64,000 nucleotides of DNA from Octopus bimaculoides. Taxonomy: Eukaryota. The position numbers and the translations under genes are program-made. How positions within the stretch are numbered: position 1 is the stretch's first letter; the number at the start of each line of letters is the position of its first letter. Of this stretch, positions 1 through 13,289 are shown one piece after another. The DNA lies in the NCBI RefSeq assembly GCF_001194135.2, contig NC_068990.1, forward strand, positions 14,644,295 to 14,708,294. The letters run 5' to 3'. The notes beneath the pieces were generated by a model. It saw only the letters and a program-made list of their open reading frames with translations. It made no database searches and was not told the origin of the DNA.

Positions 1-2923
1 TCTTCCTGAGAGTCAAATTAGTACACCCGCTTGTTATTCCCTCACCTGTCTTTGTCTTGTTTTTTCTGTACATTTCAACTATATGTATTTCTTTACTACT
101 CTGGGCACAAGGCCTGAAATTTTTGTGGTGGGGGCCAGTCAATTAAATCGATCCCAGTACGCAACTGGTACTTAATTTTTTGACCCTGAAAGGATGAAAA
201 GCAAGGTAAACCTTGACAGAATTTGAACTCCGAGCATAAAGACAGACGAAATACTAAGAATTTCACCCAGCGCGCTAACGTTTTGCCAGCTCGCTGCCTT
301 GAACTCTATGTATTTCACAAATGCATGTGTATATATGTGCAGGGGCGGTTAGTGTGGTTGAATGGTTAAAAAATTTGTTTCACAACCATGACATAATAGG
401 TTCAATTCCACTGTGTGACACCTTGGGCAAATATAATTTTCTATTGCCTTGGGTCTATCTATAGCTTGCAAATGAAATTGGAAACAGAAACCTGTAAGCC
501 CTATTGTACCTGTAATTCGAAATACACAGCCTTGTACACACTGGTTCTACCTGAGAATTACGTTAAGGGTACATGGGTGTCTATGGAATGCTCAACCACT
601 TACACGTTAATTCAGAAGCAGTTAACTCAGTCTGTCGTAAAACTCAGTTCTTTCATGGAACGATGGAGATCCACCACACCTGTTTGGTATCTCATACTGA
701 GAAAGGCTAAAGAGCTAGAAACATGTCTATATCAGTTTGGAGAAGAGAAAGTGGAGGAAATAAAAATTTAAAAAAAACACTGTTCATCAATTTTCAAAAT
801 AAATACACAAACAAAAGTAAAATTATTATCCTTTTTATTAAAATAGCTATTGAAAATTCACCAAAGTGAATGTGCAGGGTAGAAAAAAAAATAAATAACA
901 AAAATCAATAAATTAATGGTGACATATTTATCACAATTTGACAGGATTATGAAGATAAATGGAAAATGCTGCTAGTTTTGTTCATAATTTAACAGCATTC
1001 AAGATTATAACTGTATACTCTGATTAGAAAGTTATCGATAACAACACTGTATAATATAGCAAAGATTTACTTGGGTATTAATAACAGATTTATGTTGGTT
1101 CTACATCTAATAATAATTATTCTTTCTACCATTGGCACAAGACCTGAAATTTGGGAGAATGGGCTTGCTGATTACATTGACCCAGTGCCAAACCGATGCT
1201 TATTTCATCAACCACAAAAGGCAATGTCAACCTTGACAAAATTTGAGCTCGAAATGTAAAGCTGAGAGAAATACTGGTAAGCATTTTGTGTGGCACAGTA
1301 ACAATTCTATGAGTTTGTTGCCAATCTTATTCCTTTCTATAGGCACAAGGCCTGTAATTCAGAGAAAGGGGGCTAGTCAGTTACATCGTCCCCCCACCCC
1401 AGTGCTCATCTGGTGCTTATTTCATCAACCCTGGAAAGATGAAAGGAAAAGTTGACCATGGCAGCATCATCAAGCCAGAATAATGCAGCTAAGTATTTTG
1501 GCTGAAGAGTTCCAAGCAACTTGAAGAGGGAAGAAAACAATAGTTAAATTCACAATTTGAGAAATTAAAGTTAAAGGGAAATGAAAACAAAAAATGTTTA
1601 GAATTTGGCCCTGATCAAGAAAACAGAATTGATACATATTTAAGTAAACAGAACTTCACCTAATTAACCTAAAGCTGTAAATAAAGACGTCCAATTCAAA
1701 GACTATTCTAAGTACACTTTTGGTATAAGCTTTAAACTGTAAGGTAAAAATATAGTTAAGACACTAATTGTTTGAAATTCTGTATATAAAAGGTATATAT
1801 TAGCAAGCCCTATATAAGATACAAAATGTGTGATATATTGTGCATTTCCCAAGGCCACTAGTGACAGAAGTAAAATAGAAGTACACACAGCCAAGAATCA
1901 AAACTAAGATGTAAACTCTGGCTCACTAACAGCCAACATCCTATCTCTAGTACAGTATTACAACTAGATGTTGGCTTACATTGTGTAACAATTTTTTTGT
2001 TTTTGTCTTTGGTCAGTGTTATTTTGTACTTGTTTCTATCTAGAACTCAAAGGAAATTACTATTTCCTTCAACCTTTGCTTTCCTGACTTGGACGTCAAT
2101 GTTTTGAAACTGACCTATTTTCCATTACATTTCAAACAGATTCAACACTGAGTTGCTGAGGCAGAAATAACGTTATAGCAAATGTTCTGCTCAATACCAC
2201 AGATCTGCTTGACCACAACCAGTTGAGCATGTCCCTTAGTGGTTGACAATATGTGTATCCCTGATCAGGAGTAGTGGGGGACATCATAGCTGTGTACTGA
2301 GAAGGATTCTTTGGGGTTTGAATAAATGTAACAAAAGCAAGGTTTAAAGAAAATATAAACCCTTTTCATACTTTCTAAGGGTAAGCAAATAGAAAATAAC
2401 AGCTGCTACCTAAAGGCTAACAACATAGCCTGTTTGCATCAACATGGTTTGCTAGAAATAGCAGGCAAATTTCCTTAAAATTACACACAACCACCTTCAA
2501 AAAAAATAAAATAAAACTACATTATGTAATGTAGTTCTTGATATAGATACGCTATGTCTAAAAATGAAATAAGATGGTCAAGGCAGATCTCAAGGACTAT
2601 TTACCAGGTTTGAACAGAAGCCAAACAACCTAAGTTTTATGCGTGTGTAAACAAAAGCCTTCTGTCAAGATTATTTTAACCCTCTTAATACCAATTAGCC
2701 TAAAACCACCTGTTCTACAACACGAACTTCTAGATTAAGAGTGATCTAAAAACCTTCCATCATAATGACAAGATGGTTCTAAACGCTTTTAATGACTAAG
2801 GTCTTTTACAAGATTCTTCACTGTTTTCAAAATTCATTGAAACAAAGCAGTTAAATATGGCAACAGAAAGGTTAATTCAAGCATTCTGGTATGAGGGAAA
2901 ATAACTCCAAATCTGATCCTTAC

Positions 2924-2944
2924 TATATCCCTATGAACAACCTT
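2924..2944 (-). CDS. Unknown gene candidate 21-nt microexon KVVHRDI, phase 0 to 0
   Basis: Pyrimidine-rich ...ttaattctcacag| acceptor and ATA|gtaagg donor. A symmetric exon, so phase gives little support. Confidence 0.45.
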
Positions 2945-3812
2945 CTGTGAGAATTAAACTATCATATAGAAGAAACTGAAGCTGAACACAACTGGATGGC
3001 TTTTAAGATTAGTTCTTTTCAAGTGATAAAGAAATGAAATAACAATGTCAGTGGGGAATACTAGTAACTATTTTGGGAGGGTCATTTATAATGTAGTGAT
3101 GGAAAATAAAATAAAAAAATAGTATTGATAGTTATGCTAAGGAAAATAATAAAAATTAGTACAAAACAGAAGTTGGGGGAAGATATTGAAGAATGTCTAG
3201 ATATTACACTGTCAAAATTATTTTAATACAAAAAGTGTGAAATTCTAACAATTCAATCAAGTCCCATGAAATAAAGAATTTTTGAAGAAAAACAACAAAA
3301 ATCATCACTTTCTTTAGTGACAGTTTTTTTTTTTCTTTCATGTGCAAAAGAAAATCACAACCAATGTGTTTGGAAAGGAAATAACAGTCATATATATATA
3401 CATATATATATACATTTACATCTATTTCATAAATGGTACAAAAATTTAACATGATCCTATTGTAGCCAGTAATAAACAAAAAATGAACAAAACTTATATA
3501 ACAAAGACTTATTTACAAATGGTACCTAAAGAAAGCACCACAAAATAACATGTTGAAGAAGGTAATGGTTTCAAATTTCAGTAATTGTTTCACTAATTTT
3601 AGGGGCAAAGGTTAAGTCGATTACATCAATCCAACCCCAGTACTCAACTGGTATTTTATCAACCCTTAAAAGGATGAAAAGCATAGTCAGCCTCAGTAAA
3701 ATTTTAATAGAGAACAAAGAGCCAGATGAAAGGTCACTAGGCATTTTGTCCGAGATGCTAACAATTCTGCTTGTTCACTACCTTAAAAAAAAAGTTTACA
3801 AGAATTTAATAC

Positions 3813-3846
3813 CTGAACCTTGTTCAACAAGCCTCCTCCATCACTA
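3813..3846 (-). CDS. Unknown gene 34-nt exon SDGGGLLNKVQ, phase 2 to 0
   Basis: TAG-TAG tandem acceptor (3846/3843), donor CAG|gtatta; phase matches the upstream exon. Confidence 0.7.
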
Positions 3847-6530
3847 CTAATCCAAGACCAGAATAACAGAATTATACATATTTTTATAAAATTTAATTTT
3901 TTTTTTTTAAATAATTTTATTTATTTTTGAGACTTCAGCTCTTCTCACAGATTGAAAATATCTTAACTAGATTAACTTTGGATTTCCTCTACTTCAAAAT
4001 CCAAACAACCTACTAGTCAAGTAAATTTCCTATTTACTTTTACCATTTCTCAAACAAAGTATGTATAAATGTTGCATTGCAAATGGTTAAAAAAAAAGAT
4101 AGTGCCATCATTAATTAAACTAGCAAACTACTGCTTGTACTGACTGATGTTCAACCATTCATTAACATAAAGAAGCATCAATGGTTTGAGAAGATCGTTA
4201 ATCATTGCCTTAATGAAGGCATAAAAAATGCATTTAATATTACTGTGAAAAAGACAACACTATCTTTCAAAAAAAAAAAAAAAGTTAGACTTTCAAAACC
4301 AATATTTTCTGAGTGTGTGTGCATGCATATACATGTGCGTGTGTGTGACAAGACAAAGAAAGAAGACACCAACATTTCAATAAAGTTGTATATAAAGGGG
4401 AGACTTGAGGTTTGCAGAAGTGAGAAGTTAACTCCTATGGCAATTTTCTTTTGTTTTTTTTTATTATTTGAATTACATTGATAATTACATTAGGCTAAAC
4501 CTACTTAATCTGCTTGAAAACAAATGGGAGTTAATGATTGTCCATACACAATACATATTGAAAACATCGACATTTCAAAGAGTACCCACTGACAAATGAA
4601 TACAATAACCAATCACTTTTCGAGCACCATAAAACTTTTATACAATAACAATGATTAAAGAACACAAACACTGATAAATAGACTATGAAACTGGAAGATG
4701 ACTAGAAAAAAAAACAAGCTAATCTGCAACAAGTAGGTTCCCAACATTGTACTTAAGTTTGCAAAACCAAATAAATAAGCATGTTCTAATAGAGTAACCT
4801 GCAACTACATCATTAGTCTCGTAAGTATAATGACATTTAAGCATTAACACAATGTTAGATGCTGCTTAACTGCTGAGGTAGCTGCAACATGGTATCATTT
4901 AGTGAAAGTTTAATTTACTCACTACTGAAAAATTCAGTTAAGGCATTTCACTTCTAAGATAACAGCAACTGAAATAGGTTTCACAAATTCACAAGAAGCT
5001 AACTTTAAAATTTCTGGTGAATGAACTGAATTACAGTCTAAAATAGCACTCATAAAACCATCTTCCTGTAAAAGGACACAGCTTCAAACATTTCAAATCA
5101 ATCAAACCCACTTCCTTCAATTTTTTTTTTTAAAAGAAAAGTTCCAATTAATTTCAGACACAAGCATCTATATAAAGAGAGGTTATTAAAGAAACTTGAT
5201 AACTATACTGTTTTAGTGGATTAAAAAAAAAATGTCAAACTTGGGAATCAGACAAGGATGTTATACCAACAAAACAATTTGGTGCGGGGAGATGGAATTA
5301 CTTTCAAAATGTCACTTATGCAATACCATAACTTGCTTCTGGAGAAATAAGAGATGGGAACATGAATTTTTGCTTATTTTTAAACTTTTTTTTTTTAAGA
5401 ATCTTGACTGATAAACTTTTTGTCAAAAACAAAGATATTTTCATTTGATTTTTAAATTAAATTACTTTGCTTCACATTCAGAAGAGACAAGAGACTAAAT
5501 ATGAACAAAAACATTTATGATAAATAAAAATTCTAAAAGTAGAAAATAAATCTTTAATTTTATCTACAAAATATCATTTTAAAGCTAAAATTTTCATAAA
5601 CTGTGATTAGTAAAAACAAACAAAAAGAAAGTTTTGGAAATAAATATATAAGCCTATAAAATATTAGAAATAATATTTCTTTCCCAGGCACATGGCCTAA
5701 AACTTTGAGGGAGAGAGCCAGTTGATTACATCAACCCCAGTGCTCAACTGATACTTATTTCATCAATCCCAAAAGGAAGACAAGCCAAGTCAACCTTGGC
5801 AGCATTTGAAATCAGAGCCGAAAGAATGCCACTAAGAGCTTTGTCTGACATGCTGACGATTCTGCCAGCTCGCTACCTTTAATCTGAGAAATAATGATGA
5901 AATTAAATATTTTGGAATGTATTTTTTATCTCAATTCAGAAAAGCATTTGCAAAAACAGAGAAACAAAAGTAGTTCATTTTCTACTCACAAAACAGTACA
6001 TTTTGTGCAGTTACATATTCCCAGGTAAGAGAAATGTCATATAATCACCAAAGACACTAAGACAAAATCAGGAAAGTCAGATCACAGAAGGAACATTGAA
6101 TAAACTTTAGAGAAACTGCTAGCCTTGAAAATAAGAATAACTCGAGGAAATATTGAAAGAAATAGTAAGAAAAAATCAACAAAAGCTACAAGTATTTACT
6201 TCAGTGTCTTAAATAGTTATCTTAAAACTTATTGAATGCAAAATAATAAATAAATAAAAATTAAGGGGAAAATGTCAGAGTTATTCTTGTTTTTGTGTAA
6301 CACTTGAGAAAATAATTTCTAAATGTATGTAAAAGCATTTTATTTTCCTCAACCAACTGTGGTTTTTGTAGGAAAATAGTATTACTCCAGTATTAATCCA
6401 AGTGCTTATTTTCACTTTGACCTGATTTAACATAGAAATTTAACATGGTCCAGTATACCACAGGAACATAGCAATACTTGATCTTTTTATTTCTTCTTCT
6501 TCTTCTTCTTACACCAATGAATTGACTTGC

Positions 6531-6598
6531 CTGGTCTTTGTAATTATGTACGGAGAAGGATTATCTCCATTATAAGGGAAAACATGATCCTGAGGTCG
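6531..6598 (-). CDS. Unknown gene exon RPQDHVFPYNGDNPSPYIITKT, phase 0 to 2
   Basis: Strong acceptor ttttttttcttattttcag|. Donor is AG|gcaagt (GC, 6531) or GT|gtaaga (6513); both are phase 2. Confidence 0.78.
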
Positions 6599-7314
6599 CT
6601 GAAAATAAGAAAAAAAATTAAATAGATGTGTGTGTGTGTGTGAGTACATAGATGCATAAAATGTGTGGATTTTAAAACTGATAACCCTACTTAATCTTTA
6701 TAGTGGTTGCCTACCTTCCCTCCCTTTTCCTATTTCCCCCTAATTCATGTAAACCCTTACCAATCCACACTCCTAGTTTCTCTGTCCCAACCCACTTCTA
6801 CTCACCCTTATACTTTGAGGTGGGAGCCACTTGGATACAGCAAAAACTTGCTTTGCTCCACTCACTTCTTTCATACCTTGACTTATCTCCTAACAAAAAG
6901 CCACCTACCTTCTCAGATTTCATAGCCTTGCAAACCACATGGCAACCTCACTCATGCCAGTGGCATGAAAAAAAAAAGCATACAGAACACCCTGTAAACT
7001 GGTTGACATTAGGGAAGGCATCCAGCTGTAGAAACCATGCCAAAGCGGACTTTGGAGTACTTGGACATAATGGATCCTGTCAAACTGTCCAACCCACACC
7101 AGCTTGGAACATGGATGCTAAATGATGATGATTCTAGTTTTGTGACTTTCTATGAAGATGGTCTAACAAAAGTTTTAATTTAATTTTAAAATTTTTAATT
7201 AAATTCAAAAATCTTCAATTATATAACTGATTGTGCAAATGGCACATAAAAGCACCTATTACACTCTCAGAGTGGTTGACATTAGGAAGGGCATCCAACT
7301 GTAGAAAACCATGC

Positions 7315-7850
7315 GGATCTTTTTTAAAACGGGGGCCACATTTTTCATTAACGAAACACTTTGAAACTTGGATCACTGGTAGAATGTGTCATATAAAACA
7401 TCTTTTTCTCTTAGTCTTCTTAAAAAAAAAAGAAATCCATAAACTATTCCATGTTAAAGTTGTCGTATTTCTGTAATTTCAACCAATCACTGACGTCCAT
7501 TCAGCCGATATACATTAAGTGCCGACTACATAAACAAACGATTCTGAAACAATTAACCCTAACCCTAGGGTTAGGGTTGAAGCAAATTTAAAATGAAAAA
7601 AGCAAATAAAACGAAGAATCGTTTGTTTATGTAGTCGGCACTTAATGTATATCGGCTGAATGGACGTCAGTGATTGGTTGAAATTATCGAAATAAGACAA
7701 TTTTTTACATGAAATAAATTCGAATACAAAAATATTTTTCTGTTCTATAACACAAAATAGATAAGTATACGAAGTTTGAAAGTCTTTCGGTACCAAAAGC
7801 ACTACGTAAAACATTAATGAAAAATGTGGCCCCCGTTTTAAAAAAGATCC
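7315..7850. mobile_element. Non-autonomous DNA transposon (8-bp TSD, GG termini; Merlin- or hAT-like), copy 1
   Basis: ~36-bp TIRs GGATC(T)nAAAACGGGGGCCACATTTTTCATTAA; TSD AACCATGC at 7307-7314 and 7851-7858; inserted into an RTE 3'UTR fragment. Confidence 0.88.
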
Positions 7851-8143
7851 AACCATGCCAAATCAGACTGGAGTGATGCAGCCTTCCAACTTACCAGCCC
7901 TGGTCAAACCGTCCAACCCATGCCAGCGTAGATAACAGACGTTAAATGATGGTGATGATGAAAGGCAGCAAGGTACCAGACTGAATGATGGCAACACTTT
8001 CCACTATTCACCGAGTTCAAGGTATACAAGAATTGCTAAATACTAGGATCAGCATACTACCAACACATCCTCTAGAAATTTGATATTTTGTCAAAAGAAA
8101 TTGAATTTGTCCATAAGAATATGTGATGAAATTTAAGTCTTAC

Positions 8144-8256
8144 TTTCCGTAAAATTGGTTTTAAAGGGGTGCTGCAATTCGGTCGCTGTTTCTCAACAGA
8201 GTCACAGTCTTGTTCAAGATGTTTGTTCCATTTCAGATGACGAGGTGTTCTGGGAG
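8144..8256 (-). CDS. Unknown gene exon APRTPRHLKWNKHLEQDCDSVEKQRPNCSTPLKPILRK, phase 1 to 0
   Basis: Acceptor tttttttgtattattttgatag|, donor AAA|gtaaga; open frame. Confidence 0.8.
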
Positions 8257-8614
8257 CTATCAAAATAATACAAAAAAAGGGATAAAATAAATTGTATATT
8301 CAACAAAATACCGACAACTGAAAACAAGAATTTCAGCAAAAAGTGGTTTTATCAACGTTCAGACACTTAGGAATTTAAATCTTAAAACACAAATTCTTTT
8401 CTCATAAAGTCAACCTAATTTCCAGTTCAAAACAATCTAATTACATTATATGTTTCTAAAAATGTCAGAACTTTACGTTTTTCTAATTCATCCATCTAGA
8501 TTATGCTGGAGCAAATGTTTAGGCAACTGCATAGCTAGCTTTCATCTAAGCACATAATCACGAACCAAAAGAATTCATTTCGTAAGTTATTCAAACTTAG
8601 GCAGAGTTATGTAC

Positions 8615-8639
8615 CTTGCTTGAGGTTACAATACCGTAA
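8615..8639 (-). CDS. Unknown gene 25-nt microexon LRYCNLKQ(A), phase 0 to 1
   Basis: cattgttttag|TTACGG...CAAG|gtacat. Supplies exactly the phase change needed between 13290 and 8256. Confidence 0.65.
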
Positions 8640-9869
8640 CTAAAACAATGTTAGCACACTTGACCTCGCAGTCAGAGCTTTAATCCCACGGCCACTCAAT
8701 CATCAAGAACACTAAAGTTTGCTTCTAAACTAGGCAACTAAGTACAAAAGTTACAAATTAAAAATAGATGCCTCAATATTTCCCACACTTGACATAACTT
8801 TCATCCGTCCAAGATTGAAAATTTAAATACCTTCATATTTCTGTTATAAATTTGTACTAGTGTATCAATATTTCTTTTAATCTTGTATTTGTTTCATTCA
8901 TCTGATTGTGACCATGCTGGAGCATCAACTTAAAGGGTCTTAGTCGAACAAATGAACCCCAGGACTTATTCTTTGTAAGCCTAGTACTTATTCTATCAGT
9001 ACCTTTTGCTGAACAGCCAAGTTATGGGGACATAAACACACCAACACTGGTTGTGAAGCAGTGATAGGTGGGACACACACACACACACACACAACAGGCT
9101 TTTTTCAGATTCTGTCTATCAAATCCACTCACAAGGCTTTGGTTGGCCTGAGGATACAGCAGAAGACATTTGCCCAAGGCGCCACGCAGTGGGACTGAAC
9201 CCAGAACCATGTGGTTGGGAAGCAAGCTTCTTACCACGCAGTCATGCTTGTGCCTGTATACTGATGTTTTGTTTCTTTTGCTTGTTTTTTTCTTTTCCTC
9301 ACTTGAAATATGGAATTCAAATATTCTCATGCTTTGAAAGACACACTATTCAAATCAGTGGCATTAATCACATATTGATGATTTAAGAAGATTAATTTCA
9401 TCACAAATTATAGGAAATAATAATTGATACATTCTAAGATCGATCCATTGACTGATTTATTCCTATTTTATTGTTTTTCTCAATATATTCTAAATAATGG
9501 AAGGAGATGCGTAACAAATTAATATATAACATTGCAGATCTGGATAGTATCCACATCAAACTCCCATTGTGACATGACCCAGTAAAGAAACATGCATACA
9601 GTATATAATTTATATTCACTGGCCTTGGTGCAGATTTGGTTATAATTATATAAATATAGATATATATATATAAAAGGATAACATTTGTTTTTATAAGTGT
9701 CAAAATGTGTATTGAAGAATACAAATTAAACGATATTTTTTACGAATGTAGAATTGCCATTAGAATAGCAGAAATACTGAGTAAATTACCCTTACAAAGT
9801 GGAAAAAATTTGTCAATAACCAGCCGGCCAGCCAGTTAACAGATTTTTCGAAAAAATATCATTTAATTT

Positions 9870-10539
9870 ATATGTGCAAGAGAGACGATTGCGCTGGTAT
9901 GGACATGTGGTGAGAATGGATGAGGATAGCTGCCTGAAAAAGTGCCACATCCTAACAGTTGAGGGAACCCGTGGAAGAGGTAGGCCCAGGAAGACTTGGG
10001 CTGAGGTGGTGAGGCAAGACCTTCGTACATTGGGCCTCACCGAGGCGATGACTACTGACTGAGACCTTTGGAAATGTGCTGTGCGTGAGAAGACCCGGCA
10101 AGCCAAGTAAGATTGTTGCCAGTGCCCCTGGACTGGCTCTTGTGCGGGTGGCACATAAGATGCACCATTTTGAGCGTGGCCGTTGCCAGTACCGCCTGGC
10201 TGGCCTTCGTNNNNNNNNNNNNNNNNNNNNNNNNNNNNNNNNNNNNNNNNNNNNNNNNNNNNNNNNNNNNNNNNNNNNNNNNNNNNNNNNNNNNNGGCAC
10301 ATAAAAGACACCATTTCGAGCGTGGCCATTGCCAGTATCGCCTGACTGGCCTTCGTGCAGGTGACACGTAAAAGCACCTACTACACTCTCTGAGTGGTTG
10401 GCGTTAGGAAGGGCATCCAGCTGTAGAAACTCTGCCAAATTTAGATTGGAGCCTGGTGTTGCCATCCGGTTTCACCAGTCTTCAGTCAAATCGTCCAACC
10501 CATGCTAGCATGGAAAGCCGACGTTAAACGATGATGATG
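9870..10539 (+). mobile_element. RTE-clade LINE 3' end (ORF C-terminus, ~68-bp tandem subrepeats, 3'UTR, (GAT)n tail)
   Basis: RRLRWYGHVVRM...GRGRPRKTWAEVV...DL; tail ...GACGTTAAACGATGATGAT; N-gap within the subrepeat array. Confidence 0.88.
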
Positions 10540-11064
10540 TATAAATGTGGAGTAATAAAGACATCAGTTATTCACTACTGGTTATTACTATAAATGCTTA
10601 GGTTTATAGCAATTTCTCACCAGGTTTTGTTTTTGCTATCAACTCATAATAGTAACTAAGATGCATCAAGAATGGTTAATGTTGTATGAAGGGAACAGAT
10701 TTTTATTCTTTACTTACGAGGAAAGACAGTAAATTCTTCAAATGATTGGCCAATCTGAACACGAGGGGCCACCTGTTGTCCATTGCATGTTGTATGAATC
10801 CAGGTAATTTCATCTAACTCAGCTTCTGACTGGAAAATAGATTGAAACAGGAAAAAATTATTGTACACAGCAGTTCTGGTAGTTCTGTCTTAATAAATAT
10901 TAAAGCCTTCACAACTTAATGTTTTTGTTACCATATTTTTGTCAAAATGCACTGCATTTGTTTCAATTAATTTTGGAAATAATGTATTTAAGTAAAACAA
11001 CCTTGTCATTAATAAATCAGGATTTGAAACATAAATCAAGATAAAATTTTGACAGAAGTGGCGC

Positions 11065-11234
11065 AGGAGTGGCTGTGTAGTAAGTAGCTTGTTTACCAAC
11101 CACATGGTTCCGGGTTCAGTCCCACTGCGTGGCACCTTGGGCAAGTGCCTTCTACTATAACCTCGGCCCAATCAAAGCTTTGTGAGTGGATTTGGTAGAC
11201 GGAAACTGAAAGAAGCCTGTCGTATATATGTGTA

Positions 11235-11284
<50 letters not shown>

Positions 11285-11500
11285 TGTTTGTGTTTGTTCC
11301 CCCACCACCACCACCATCGCTTGACAACAGATGCTGGTGTGTTTACGTTCCCGTAACTTAGCGGTTTGGCAAAAAGAGACCAATAGAATAAGGACTAGGC
11401 TTCCAAAGAATAAGTCCCGGGGTCGATTTGCTCGACTAAAGGTGGTGCTCCAGCATGGCCGCAGTCAAATGACTGAAACAAGCAAAAGACTAAAAGAGTA
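11065..11500 (+). mobile_element. tRNA-derived SINE family A (tail GACTGAAACAAGTAAAAGAGT), near full length
   Basis: Head GAGTGGCTGTGTGGTAAG..GGTTCAGTCCC and internal (TA/TG)n. About 20 copies, e.g. 8880-9260(-), 12010-12330(-), 24215-24595(-), 38765-39070(+), 39820-40190(-), 41185-41590(+), 52850-53125(+), 56205-56550(-), 57880-58500(-), 63665-63870(-). Confidence 0.88.
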
Positions 11501-12172
11501 AAGAGAAGGTTTTAAATTAGATCATTTTTTTTAAAACAGAAAGTGAATATCATAGAATTAAGGATTCTTGGGTGGTTTGGTTTCGAAAGGGTTAAAGAAT
11601 TTCCACTTAAGAGAGATCTAAGAAGATAAGATCAACAATCAGAGAATTGAGATTTCAACACTCATTACCTCAACTGCAATGAAGTTAAATTCTTATGCTA
11701 TCTCGAGTATTTATCTCAGAAATTCTATCACACTAAGACTAAACAATTACCATAGGAATACTCTCAAACAGAGTTGACCTAAGGCAACAAACAATCATTC
11801 ATTTGCTGTGTGTTGTTCTCTATACTGTTTATTCTATTATGCTGGCAAAGACTGGATTACTATCGAATTTAGATAAACACATTACTAAGAATAATTCTTT
11901 CACGGGTCCATGAAGTACTTTCGTAAATTTTACTTCAAAAGTGAAATGAGAAGGCGAAAGTTTAGCAAAATCATTTTTATTCTCTTTTATATATTTTGTT
12001 TCAGTCAGATTGGGCCATGCTGGGGCATCACCTTGAAGAATTTTTTCTTAATCAAATGAATCAACCCCAATACATCTTTGTTTTTAAGACTGATACTTAT
12101 TTTATCAGCCTCTTGATAAACTGCTAAATTATGGGGATGTAAGCACATCAACACAAGGACACACACACACAC

Positions 12173-12206
<34 letters not shown>

Positions 12207-13289
12207 CAGGCTTCTTTCAGTTTTTGTCCACCAAATCCACTTGGTTGACCCAAGGCTATAGTAGAAGGCATGTACCCAAGATGCCACACAGTGGGACTGA
12301 GTCTAGAACAATGTGGTTGGGAACTACACAACCTGATTATTTAATTTTTGTGTTTGGTTTGCTAGATTCTTGGTGTAAGCTAGTATGTTGAGACATACTC
12401 TGCTGTATCTTGGTAGGGTCATTATGCCAATAACACACATACTGGTTGTATTTCACTGCTTCATTATTTGTTTGTCAATTGGTTAACTAGTTAACAAAGT
12501 AACAAAACGACTTGTAGTAGCGAGATCATATCATTGTTGAAATTGTAAATGACATCAAAAGAACTTTGACAAACCTAGCTCATCGACTGATTGACCAAAT
12601 GCTTAATTGAACAATCAATTAGTTGATTGATGAAATAGTAACCAAATGACAAATTATGAAGAAGCGAAATAGAACCAATGTGTGTTTAGTATTGGCATAA
12701 TGGCTCACCCAAGGTACAACAAAATAACTATTTAATATTTATCAACATCTTACGTAATTTTTACATCCACATTTCCATGCTTTTATGGGTGGAACGGAAT
12801 TTATTGAGGCAGATTTTCTATAGTTGGAGGCCTTTCTTGTTGCCAACCTCACTTGTTTCCAAGCAAAGTAATATTTTCTCCATGGCCAGACACGTTTTCA
12901 ACAAAATATTAGAAATGAATTACATTCCTTTACAACTATCACGATGCCAAGACAAGGACACCCACTGGGCTTCTTTCAGTTTCTATCTACCAAATCCACT
13001 CATAAGGCTTTGGTTGGCCCAGGGATAGAATAGAAGACATTTACTCATGGTGCCATGCAGTGGGACTGAATCCAAAAGTATGAAACTGGGAAGTAAATTT
13101 CTTAACCACACAGGTAACACCTGTGCCACAGATCATCTAAAATATTTGTAGAGATCACATTCAATCCCATTGTGATCAAATAAAAACTTAACTGTTATAC
13201 ATGTACAATTTATAAGTAACCCCCCTCCACATTTAACAGATTTGTTATGATTTCACAATAAAACTACAAAGTTAAAATGATTTTATTAC

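Noticed and set aside
1800-1858. Possible next or terminal exon of the minus gene (WPWEMHNISHILYLI*)
   Set aside because: Good acceptor but no strong donor or other evidence; similar chance candidates occur at ~5065 and ~1520.
2924-2944. VVHRDI looks like a kinase catalytic loop
   Set aside because: No Gly-rich loop, VAIK or alpha-C sequence in the upstream exons, so there is no support for a kinase domain.
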